Shown piece after piece: positions 1 to 11,293 of a stretch of 64,000 nt of DNA (positions within the stretch are counted from its first letter, which is position 1; each line of letters opens with the position of its first letter). The DNA comes from Tricharina praecox. Taxonomy: Eukaryota. The stretch covers positions 2,976,001 through 3,040,000 of the forward strand of contig NW_026250403.1 of assembly GCF_024521635.1 (NCBI RefSeq). Reading direction: 5' to 3'. The position numbers and the translations under genes were made by a program. The notes beneath the pieces are model-generated. The model had not been told where the DNA came from. It saw only the letters and a program-made list of their open reading frames with translations, and did not search any database.

Positions 1-177
1 AAGTCTAATCACCAGGAGACCGCCCCCCCAGAACGCCAGCACAACAGAAACAGAGACCAACTCGGGGGAATCCTCAACACCACCACCGGATACTTTTACA
101 CACAAGGTCCCTAGACATGTACACATAAAAAAGACATATAAACAAAATAACCAGCCTCATGAGAGAGCGCATGGTCA

Positions 178-3100
178 TCATAAACAAGCAAGGTCGTCTT
201 CAAACATATCCTCGATGTCATCAAACAAAAGGTCATTGAGGTCACCCACTTGATCACTACTGCTGCCCAGTCCCATCCGTGTAACATCCTCTTCGTCGTC
301 ATCATGCTCCATATCGTCGTCTTCTTCGTCGCTTGAAGATCCGAAGCCGCTGCTCAAGATGCCGCCCTCCCTTCCATTACCACCAGTCCCCGCAGTGTTT
401 CCGTTGGCGAGGTCGATGCTATCAAGTCCAGTTCCGAGAGTCAATGTGCCGACAGTCGAAGCATTGCTGGTGAATGTTTGAGACTGCACTGAACCCATCC
501 CGGTGATCCGGGGAATGTGCATGTCCGGCCGTACTCCTCCAAGGATAGCATTATCCCGTTCCCGGGTTGCCGCAAGCGTCTCCTCCACATACTCGATCCA
601 AATCGGATCCGACACTTTCTCCAACACCTTCGAACCGAGAACCTCCGGAGGATGTCGTTCGGCGAACTTGACTACCTCTTCCGCAACCAAGGTCAGGTGT
701 CCCATGTATCCGAGTCGCATCCTCCTCCCTGTCTCAAACTTATCGGAATACTTCTGTCCTTCGACTATGCGTTCGGTAATCCGTCCTGTGACGAACAAAT
801 CGATCGCCAAAGCACGGTTATATCCCCTGTCCATCGGGCCGTTGAAGACTTGCTGGACAACATCGTAAACAACGTTGTGGAGGAAGTTGTTCCACGGGAA
901 GCGGAAGAAGAATTCCTGGCGAAACGAGTCAGCATCCCATACCCATTAGACCCCAATGGAAGCAATCCCTACCAGAATCGTCGGAACGACCTTGTGCTCT
1001 ACAAACATCATCTTCAAATAGTCACCGACCACTGGATTCCCGTCCAGATCCGGTTCGACCATTGCCTGATATTCGGTGAAGCTTGAGCCGAGCGACCCTG
1101 TCGATCGGACACTGACATCACCCTCAGCTATGGTCGTATCAGGAGTGCTGTTCAGATCCATGAGATTTTCCTCCTCTTCGAGTTGCGGCGTCTCATCCTT
1201 ATTCTCGGTCGATGGGGGTGGTTGTTGCGCCTCCGAAGTCTGTGCCGTCACAGGCGCTGGAGTTTGTGGACTGAGCGGTAATGACTCTGCTGATTTTAGA
1301 TCTTCTACCAGTGACCTCCCGCTCTGCCGGAGGGATTCGTCGTCTTCTGCCGCAACCGGAGGCGAGGGTGCCTTAGGAACTTCCGTATCCTTAGGCGCCG
1401 CTTCACTGCTCTGCTGCGCAGGTACTGGATCTTCCTTCTCCTGGTAGGCGGGAGGCGCATCACTCATGTGTACATCGACTTGCGATTTTGTCTCCTGAGG
1501 TGCTGTGGTCGGCGCATCCGCATCTTTCTGGGGCGCCTGGGGCTCGCTTGGAGTCTTGTCCAGTGGAGGGATATCATCGGTCGGTATCGGGACCATAACG
1601 GCTTCGGTAGTGTCCTCAATAGTATCCTTCGGTTTCGACGGTGGAGACAGAGGCTCATCGACAAACAGATCCTCGTCATCGTCCCTCCGGCCTTCATCGT
1701 GGATGTCATGGATGTTCGCCAGATCTTCGCATTCCATGTCGGCGTCGGCGCGAACATCGTCCAGCATCCCAGAGATTATTACATCCTCGAATTCCTCTTC
1801 GTTGATACCGTCGTCCGACATCTCAACGCCACCGTTTTGAACCTGAAGAGGCGCTTTTTCCACAACCACGCCTTCGACACCGGCATGATGATCCACCAGC
1901 TCGTCCGTCGCAAGCATGTGTTGGAGCCGCGCCGCCTTCAGTCTCTCCCTCTCGCGGTCCCTCTCCCTGACATATCGTTCACCTCCTTTCTCATTCAACA
2001 AGCCCATGTTACTGCAATGCAAGAGTTCCGCCATGAGCTCGCACGTCTTGAACCTGTCGAAGCCAAGGGGCTCGATCGCACCGCCGAAGGCCACTTTGAG
2101 TTCCCGCTTGCTCTCGTTCTTACTGCCGTCCGCGTTCACCGTGTGTCCGTACGACATAATGAGTTTCATGAAATCCGGAACATGGCTCGCAAACAGTCGG
2201 AGTAGAGTGCCGAGATATATTGGATCTCTCGACGAAGGGACGCTGTCCACCCCGGTGCCGATATCGGGATCGTAGTCGGAGTTATTCTTCCGGATGACCT
2301 CAATGATTATTCCGACACCAACCGTCAGGGGGTTTCCGCCCTTGAGCATGTCGGAAATGAGCCCCGAGATGCACTCTTGCGATACCAATTGTCGGGTGAG
2401 ATCGTTCGGGCCGATGCAGGACTGTTCGTTCTGCGAGGCGTTGGCGGATATTGTGATGAGCGCCTTGATGAAGTCACCGCTAGCGGTCTGTGTCGACTGG
2501 CTGTGTTCGCTGGAGAGGAATGAGAGTAATAGAGGGATGAGGTTTTGCGAGTGTAGCCACTGTGAGAAGAATCTGAATCAGCTCTGTGGCTTCCAATGTC
2601 GGGGGTCACGGTGTGGACAAACATCAACTATACCCGCTCCACCCTCACACTTCTCCATGCTGATAATTTTGAGCAGCAGATCCATGATCATCGGGCAATC
2701 GACATGCTTCAAGATACGGGGTACTATTCCGTCGAGGCTTCTAACAAATGACATCATCTCCTCGGTCTTCTTGTCCAATAAAGTCTCGTTGACCTTTGTA
2801 AAATAACTAGCCTGCAAGGGGTCTAATGGCGGCGGGCGTTCCAGGAACGTCCAAAACATTCGGAGGTGGTCGATGTTTTGCATCAGCGCCTCCAGGAGCG
2901 ACCAGGCCTCACTCGACAGGACCTCGCAGGAAACATAAGCATATTTCAGCCTTGTCTTCTCCCGTTCAGCCTCAAGAGCGATACGGTCGCTCTCGTCCGA
3001 ATCCTCGTCATCCGAATCCCCACCATCCTGCTTCGGTGTCGGCTTCTGTCGCGGCGCAGGCTTGGGCGCGATCACGTATTCCAGCAGCCGCCGCAGTATC

Positions 3101-3258
3101 TTCTCGTCCCGCAGGAACTCTATAAGCTTCGTGTTGTGCTGCTTCAATTCTTGGATGAGATCCGATTCGTCCAGCAATTCCTCGAGCGTCACATCTGGCT
3201 TCTCCAAGATCGTGTCCAGCGTCGAGGTGTTCGCGTATCCGCCGAATCGCCAGAACAT
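178..3258 (-). CDS. SIT4/PP6 phosphatase-associated protein (SAPS family, Sap155/185/190-like); at least 3 exons; the 3' end may splice beyond the window start
   Basis: N-terminus MFWRFGGYANTSTLDTILEKPDVTLEELLDESDLIQELK; motifs LGFDRFKTCELMAELLHCSNM, FFFRFPWNNFLHNVVYDVVQQ and RLGYMGHLTLVAEEVVKF. GT-AG introns near 2625-2565 and 970-915. Confidence 0.92.
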
Positions 3259-4848
3259 GGCTGGCGGCTTCTTTGGTCGTCGAAAGTACAGGGTGGTAGG
3301 AGAGGGGTGGGGCGGGATGTCTGTGGCGGGGTGGTGGAGGTTGGTGGTCAGATGGGTTCGTTGGGCTAGCTAAGCAACCCTGGTGACGAAATTGCGGGTG
3401 TGGGATGAAGTTTACTGTGACACCGGGGACTCGCAGCTGTTAGCAATCATCATCGAAAGAGCCCAGCAACAAAGACGAAAAGAACAAGGCAAGCAGCTTC
3501 TCGTGAACCTGCCGAAGGCGCAGAAGCACAGCCGCAAACAGATATATACACTGATAGTTATCGCCTTCGCAAGTGAAAGCCAGTGACGATTGGTGGGGCA
3601 GTGCGTGCAGTCGCGGAGGAGGAGGGGCCGGGCAAGAGAAGCAAGCAGACAAGCAAGAACGGCTCTCTCTCGTTTAGGAGATCAAAATAGCCGATGACGA
3701 TGGCCGAACTCACAGGTATGGATTTGGAAGTTTGAAAGTTGTGATTCTTCCGCTTGAGTAGTCTTCGTCGTCTTCGTCGTGGTGGTGGTCGTCGTGAATC
3801 GTTGGAAGCTGTGTGCGTTGCGTGTGAAGTGTAGCAGTGTGTGTGGTGGGATGGAGCTCGCCGCCGGTTGTTGGTTTTGGTTGGTTCTTTGGCTGGGACG
3901 GTGGATCTTTCAAGGCGGGCGGGATTTGGGATTTGTATGGACGAATACCAGACCAGCCTGCCTTACATAGAGTACGAAACAACAGAGCTCCAACAGAGCA
4001 ACGGCGGTAAATAAGAAAGATGTGTGCGACTAGGACAGGCAGGAAGATGATGACTTTCTCTATCTACCCAAGCTTCGGGAACAGGATGACGATGATGGTG
4101 CTGACAATGAGAAAAGGCGGGGCGGAGAGAAGACGGTGCTGCCGGGCAAGGAGAGGGTTCTTCGCCGCAGCTGCGCACCGACGGCATCAGTGCCGTATCG
4201 CCAGAACCGGTAGTTGTACCACTACGGCATTTGTGAAGGTAATTTTCGCGGGATCCAGTTCTTCAGAAGCTTCATATACAAACGGCTAGATACTGGGACC
4301 ATTCGAAGCCAAAATATTACCCTTTTGCGATGGGTATCGGTTCCGTACCTGTTTGTCGCGTGCTCGCTCACTCATTTTCCAGGCGGCCATTCCTCACATA
4401 CAAGGTAAGTAGATAAGGCCCTCGATGTTAGCCGCGGTACAGTCAATACAACCCTGGCATGGCTGGCCGGGCTTCGCCAGTAAAATGGCAAGCATCGTAT
4501 ACAGGCCACAACAGCCACATGGCCGTCGTCGCTCGTGAACCCCACACGAAGCATGGCCTTTCTCGAGGTGCTCGTTGGCGGGCCATAGTTACCTGCAGTT
4601 GGACTTACTCTGCAGGTCACATCCGCTACCAATCGGATCGCCGTTTGTCTGGATGTGCTTGCAAGGGCTCGATCTCGAGGTGCTGGTGAGAATCAAAGAC
4701 GCATGATAGAGTGTGTAGAGCACAGTCGTGCTTTCACGTTATAGAGTATAGAATACAATGACACCTAAAGAATGAACTCCCTAAAGACAAACAAACGCTG
4801 ATACGATAACACCCATGGAAACCAGTCATATGTGTATTAGGAAGCAAG

Positions 4849-5825
4849 CTAGACGGCCTCCTTGATCTTGGAGGGAGGCTCATCGAGGAAGCTTGGGACC
4901 GCGTCAGCGTCTTCTAGGAAGCCTGGGAGCGAGGTAGAGCTCTCGGCTTCCCATCCACCGCCGAGTTCAACCTCTTCGCCGAGAGCCTCGAGTTCAGCAT
5001 CGAGCTCCGCCTCGTCGACCTCTGTGATATTATCCGTTTAGCTCTGTCGATCTGGGTATTACGTATGTACGCAGGTGGTCGACTCACCGTCAGGAATGTC
5101 GTAGGATCTCGATATCGACTCTTGAATATCGTTTCCGATATCCATCAAGTCGGCCATTTCATCCTGCATCTGTTCAACTGCAAGTCGGTTAGTCGTGCGT
5201 AACAGATATCCAGCAGGGGAGGTGGCATGAGCTTACTCTTGTCGATATTGACCTTGCCATACTGCTTCTTCAACTCCTTATTCGTCGTCTTCATCGCATC
5301 GACAGTGACCATAACGTCTGCCCTCCCGGACCGCCACCACATCAGCACAACCCACACTAAAGCTGCGCCCACGACCTCCCAGCCCAGACTCTTCCACGGC
5401 AGCAACAGCGGCGCCACCACCGCAATCTCCAGCACCGCCGAAAAAGTAGCAGTAGCAACAGTAGACCGACTCTTGAGATTATCCTGCATCATTCCCGCCT
5501 GCTGCATGTTCCAGCTCTGCTGCTCCAGCTGGTCCTTCTGCGTCTCGTACATTTTCCGCCGCTGGAGGACCTTCATCGCTTTCTGCCGCATCGCTTGCTT
5601 GCCCGGCCCGTCGCGCATCTTGCTGATTCGCTGCTGGAACGTCATGAGCTCCGCATTGACTTTCGCGAGTTGCACGTCGACCGATTCGATGCGCGTGTCG
5701 AGCTGTAAGTCAGGTGTTAGTATAGTAACTGCCAGGTGGCGGAAGTTGCGCGAGCTCACGTTGCTGATCGCTCCCGTGAGCGTCGGCTTCGGCGCCGTGT
5801 TCTTGGATCCAAAGAGGCGGTTCAT
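4849..5825 (-). CDS. VPS60: ESCRT-III Snf7-family protein Vps60/CHMP5; 5 exons
   Basis: MNRLFGSKNTAPKPTLTGAISN, KAMKVLQRRKMYETQKDQLEQQSWNM, NVMVTVDAMKTTNKELKKQYGKVNIDK and EVDEAELDAELEAL. Introns 5759-5703, 5470-5318 and two more downstream; TAG at 4851-4849. Confidence 0.93.
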
Positions 5826-6220
5826 CGGTGCGGTTGTATATGTGAAGGTGCAGTGGGAGCCAGCGACAGGTGTGGGGTTGATGGAGGTCAAGGGCCGCGT
5901 CGCTCTAAATATCATAGTGGCGGTGACACAATGGATGCACGGGCCAAGACGAGTGAGCCCATGTGATCACGCGAAGAGAGTCATCACAATTGTTGCCACA
6001 GGCAACAGATATGGAACCTCGAAACTGTATGCACCATTCATTTCATACCTACAACCCCCGCATATTCATCCAGCACAGCACCGAACCCAAAACCAAAAAA
6101 TAACATGCAGCCAAATCCCACGCTTGCAAGAAAGAAAGAAAGAAAAGAACCTAACATCGACAAAAACACCTCGAGCGAACGTGAACTTGTACAGTTGACA
6201 CCTATCCTTCTCCCCTCTAA

Positions 6221-9200
6221 CTACTTCTTAAACGCAACCTTCACATCATTAACTTTAAACTCACATTCCAATCCAGACTCCTTGTACGGTCCTACAAGCA
6301 ACAGCATGATGCGCTTGTGGACATTGATGAACTCGTCCTCGAGCCTGAGTAGGATCTTGTCGACGAGCTTCTGGCTCAGTGCTGACTCGTCGCCATCGCC
6401 AAAGTGCTTGTCAACACGCTTCTTGAGCTGCTCGATACCCTTGCGGATATCCTTGCTCTCGGCATGGTGCTCGAGGACTTTCTTGAAGGCGGCCTTGTTG
6501 TGCGCACTTCTACCCGCGATGTCTTCCGCTGACGTACCGGATGCTATGAGCGCTTCGACATTCTCGACAAAGTCCTACACGAGAGCAATTAGCGGGGCAC
6601 GGATTAACCGGACGCGGATGGTAATACCAAAAGCTTTGCCAGTGGCCGGCGAATAACGGCGCCAATGTACAAGCCCATGTGCTCACGATACTCCTCATCG
6701 GCTTTCTTACGGAAGCCCTCAAGGACCTCGTTGCCCTTAGTATCAACTTCCTCAAGGTAGTGATGCATGTTCTCGATCATCATGATGTGGTAGTTGAGCT
6801 GCTCCTTGTCCTCGGGGTCGACGTTCTGACTCGCCACTGCTGGAGACTCTTTGGCAATCGCTTGCAGCGATTCGAACATAGCTTTGTTGATCTTGATGTA
6901 CCCCTCATTGACCATTTCGCGGATACTGAGATCGTCGGACTCGACAATTGTCTTATTGTACGGGATCTGCTCCTCGATTCTAGCCGCAAAGCCCTATTCC
7001 ATAGCCAGTCAGCATTAGTAGGCGAATATTGTAATGGAGAAGGAGGGAAAGCTGCTTACCGGGAATACACGCATAAATTGGATGACACCCTTCCTCTTCT
7101 TGATCTTGACCTTCGTATCCTCAATAGCCTTAACCTGCTCGTCCAAGAATCGTGCAAACAGTCCCGCAAGACGATCATGGAGTGTCTGAAGCATCTTCGC
7201 AAGAAACTCCTGGTCGGTTTCGTCAACGGTCGCAATCTTTTGCTCGACGGCATACATGATGCCGACTCCCTGGGTGGCATCTCCCAGTGTGGCCCAATCG
7301 ACCATATTCTGGAGGTCCTGTAGTAGGAACGAAAAGAGCTCGCCCATGTACTCGTAGATGACCTTTGCCTTGAGCTTATCCGGCTCGACAGTGCGGAGTC
7401 CTCCCAGGTCGTTGAGCCGGCGTGTCTCGGGCGGGCCTCTGGTCACGAACTCGACGAAGTCCGAGGAGTTCCGAGAAGACAAGTGGAAGAATTCGACCAC
7501 AAAATTCTGCTCCTTGAACACGAGCTGATATATCTCTCCAAATGCCCCTGCAAACGCCGCATTGGAGGCGATGATACCGGGTGAAGGCCTCTCATTGCTA
7601 CTGAAACTTCCTCCACCAGTTCGAATGCGAGCAATCGATTTCTTGACCGTGAGCTTCCTAGCTCCCAAACTGGCAGTCACACTCTCTTCCTTCTCCGGTG
7701 CGTTGAAGATGAGGTCTTGCTCCTCCTGGGTCGGTTTCTTGGAGATCTTCTTCCAAGCACCGATTTGCTCTCGGATTTCCTCCATCATCAACGACTTCGC
7801 CATCTTTCCGTACAGCTTCCGCAACTCAACATATTCGTCGCCGTCGACGTCTCGCGCGAACGTAATCAGCCCTGCGAATTTCCACATGGCCTGGTACGCC
7901 TTGTCGTGCCCGATCATCCTGGGGTGCAGCCCCGAGTTTACCTGACCGATCTGGGCATCCCTCTTGATATCCGTGAGCTCCGATTGGAATTTGTTATTGA
8001 GGAACTGTCGTAGGCGTGCAAGGAATGCGCGGCAGCTGTTGCGGTACTCTTCCTTCCTTTCCTGCAAGGCCCGCATGCTGCCCACACCTTCGTCGCTGAA
8101 GGAGCCCCGTCGGCCAATGCGAGGTGAGGATGGGTCGTGCGTACTAGTGGGTTCTATCGTCCGCATGGCTTTGTAAAGGGATACCAATGTCTGCTCGATC
8201 TGTTCCAAGCCTCTCGGGGCATCCATCGATCCCTTCCGCAGGATTTCCATCTGTGCGGGCGATATCGAGATGGTGTCTAGTAGCGTTTGTAGTTCCTTCT
8301 GCAACGTCTTCTGATTTGCAGTCTGCAGTTGAAGACCCTGAGATTGGTTCTCGATATGCGTGATGTCATCATTGAGACTCTGCTCGGCCATATTAGCATC
8401 CAGCCACAAGATACACCTGGGAAAAGGGGACGGCGTACCGTCAGCTCAACGGCATAGAGCGTCAGCAGCCCATCCATCTCTTCACACTCCTTAATCGCCT
8501 GATCAAGCAGAACCGACAACTGGTCGACCCTATCATCGCCATCAACGTTGATGATGACATTGTTCGACTCCACTCGCGACAGCTCCTTCCTTACGTCCGC
8601 CTTCAGCTGATCGATCTTCCCCTTCGCATCCCAGTTGAATTCCTGCAGGAGCTCCTCAATGTCTACGCTCATCCCGCTCTTGTCGATGCCGTGGAGGTAT
8701 GACGACTTATCAGACCGGCGCTTCCGGCTTCGTGAGCGCGCCCGAATCGGTCCCTTGGGCGCCATCAGTGAGCCCGAGTCCGGTACTGATGGTTTCTCCG
8801 CGGGCACTTCTATTGTTTGTTCGCCTGCAGGCGGCGATATAGTCGGTGTGGCCAGAGGAAATGTTGGCTTTCTGATCATCAAGGCGGGTTCCGTGATGAC
8901 GGGGACGCCCCTGAGTGCGGAAGCCAAGGAAGCTTGTTGCGACAGCGAAGACTGACTGTTTTCCCTCGAGGGAGGTGGCCTACCCCGTATGTCATTCTTA
9001 GAAGAGGGCTCTCTTGGAACTAATGGTGGTATTTCTGCGGGCGCCGGGGATGGTTGTTGTTCCCTTGATGGCCGAGACCGAGAACGCTGCTGTGGTTCAT
9101 CTCCCGATGGCCGCCTAGAACCACTCCTACTTCTGCTCCTACTTCCGTTCGACTGGTCCCCTGAAGGGTTGCGTTCCTGTGGGTACTTGATCTGTGGCAT

Positions 9201-10677
9201 GACTGGGGGTGCTTCTGGTGACATGCTTAACGGCTCTTTCGTGAGTTGGCTCGTGTAAGTAGTAGGCGTGGTAGGTGTTTTTGGGCGGGCCTTAGGTGTT
9301 CCAAGCTGGCTGCTCAAGCCATAGGCATTGGCAGCCAGTCGGAAGTGGGACGCGGCGTCTTTATTGGCCTTCGGTTTTGGCATTGAATGGCTCTCTTGGG
9401 GTGGGGGTGTCGGTGAGGGACCCGGCATTTTGTTATTCTGGTAGGGAGGATACTGTTCCATTGCTTCTCGTCGTGATTCTTGCGACTGTTGGCTGTTGAT
9501 GGATGCCGTCCTGTACCTCTCCTGCGAGGGAGCCCGCCTCATCGATCGATCGTCCTCGGACGGCGGTGGACCCCGTGAGCTTGAAGGAGTCCTACTCTGT
9601 CCAGACCTCGTTGAAGACCCATCTGATGGCCGCCTTCCATTCAAAGCTTGCGGCACCACTTGTGGCACTGGAGGAGGGGTATGTCTTGAAGGTGCAGTAT
9701 CCACGGGAGTCCTACGACCAGAGAGTCCACTCGAGGATCCCGGCGGCCGCATTGTACTCGGAGAGGGCGGCGGTTTCTCGCCCGGTACTCTTTGTCCAGC
9801 ATATGGCTGTATGCGCGACGGTTTATTCAGGGATTCCATCGACGGGGCATTTCGCGGGGTGGCTTGTAACGACGGCGGCAGCGACGACGGCGCTGATGCC
9901 AACAGCGAACCTCCAGTCGAGGCAACGGGGCTCCTCATTTCCTCCTGCGGCAGCAATTCCGCACCACCGGGGCCCATCAACGCATCCAGCTCTGCCTTCC
10001 TGGGGCCAAGTAGCTCTGGCACCTTTCCACCCGTGTATTTCTTGTAGATCTTGACCAGTGAGTAGATGAAAAAGTCCTTCTCCTTAGCCGTGTTCGCCTG
10101 CCAGTAATACGCCTTCAGGATCGTGACCGTGAACCCCTTCTCATTGGGCGCAGGATACGTCGTGATGCACTGGAGGTCATCGAGATTCCACGTCTTTCCG
10201 ATCGAGAACGAGCCATTGGGGTTTTCGCGGCCCTTATGCATTCGCACCCGGCCGGACTTACGGACGGCGACCATGATGACTCGGGCCTTGCCGTTTCCCA
10301 TCGGCGCGCCGGGCGGCGGCGGCTCAGACGACGAGCCATCTTCGAGGACTCGGCAATGGGTGATGTAATCCTCGAGGGCTTCATACTCGCAGCATTCGGG
10401 TCAGCGACAGGAAGCTACAGAAATTTGTGCGAGTGGGTGGGGGGGCTTTTCGTTTTATTTTTGAATATGTATGTGGGACAGGGACAGGACAGCTCAGGGA
10501 GGTAGCTCCCAGCAGCAGGCAGGCATTATGAGGTTACGTACTGGAGCCATCGGCGTCCTGTCTGCTGAAGCAGGACTGTACGATTCTTCGCTTCTCGTCC
10601 TCAAACTGCTGGGCTTTCGTGACAGCAGCTTGCTGGCCGGGGGCGGCAGGCGTTGCGGGGGTTCTCGCGTAGTCCAT
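6221..10677 (-). CDS. SEC3: Exocyst subunit Sec3; 5 exons
   Basis: N-terminal PH-like region (EKRRIVQSCFS, YITHCRVLED, VRKSGRVRMHKGRENPNGSFSIGKTWNLDDL), a long Pro/Ser linker, ECEEMDGLLTLYAVEL, IENQSQGLQLQTANQKTL, KAIEDTKVKIKKRKGVI and EDKEQLNYHIMMIENMHHY. Intron 1 is 10541-10379. Confidence 0.93.
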
Positions 10678-11014
10678 GGTTGCAGCAATCCACTCCTGAA
10701 GAGACGAACGATTCGAGGGGGGATGAAAGCGGGTGCTAGTTCAAACGATGGAGGGGAAGACGCGTAGCTGCAATCCGGCGGTTGCACACCGCTCCCGCAA
10801 GAATCGAGGGCTGGTCTCGATAGTGGTGGCCTCGGATTCGGGAGAGCGTAGTGATGGTGGTGCTGTGGTGGAGATTCGCGGTGGGAGGTATCGTCGTCGA
10901 TTTGTGGCTCTGCAGGCTACAGCCGCATGGAGCGAGCGTCGCGAGCAACGCATGGGGGCGCCGAGCCACAGCGTAGTAGAGCGACTACAGCTGGATTCGG
11001 TAAGAATAACCCAT

Positions 11015-11020
11015 CTCATC
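11015..11020. promoter_or_regulatory. Possible PAC core (GATGAG on the minus strand) in the divergent SEC3/DBP4 promoter
   Basis: CTCATC about 275 nt upstream of a ribosome-biogenesis helicase. A 6-mer can easily occur by chance. Confidence 0.3.
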
Positions 11021-11293
11021 AGTGCGAACATACAAAGAGCTGTTGTCCTCGCAACAGCGAAGAAATTAAGCCTCTAGCACGGACCATGAAGGGCATTATT
11101 TTGCAATGCCGAACTACATCATACGTGGACCTCGTTTCCACTCTTCGCGGTGTATGCATAGACAACCCTATTGAGTGATACTCCATGCTCCGGTACTTAC
11201 CGGAATGGTTAGCGTTGGTAGCTACATTTTCTGCACTCGTCTTCCATCCCACCAGCGACGAACGAAGGCGGTCTTCACGAGAAATCCACCACG

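Noticed and set aside
4837-4851. Possible readthrough or A-to-I stop editing at the VPS60 stop (TAG CTT GCT TCC TAA)
   Set aside because: It would add only x-L-A-S, which is not a PTS1, and the context is not TGA-CTA.
5703-5759. VPS60 intron 1 is also 3n (57 nt) and stop-free
   Set aside because: Normal length, strong splice signals and an unremarkable peptide; expected by chance. It also shows that an open frame alone is weak evidence.
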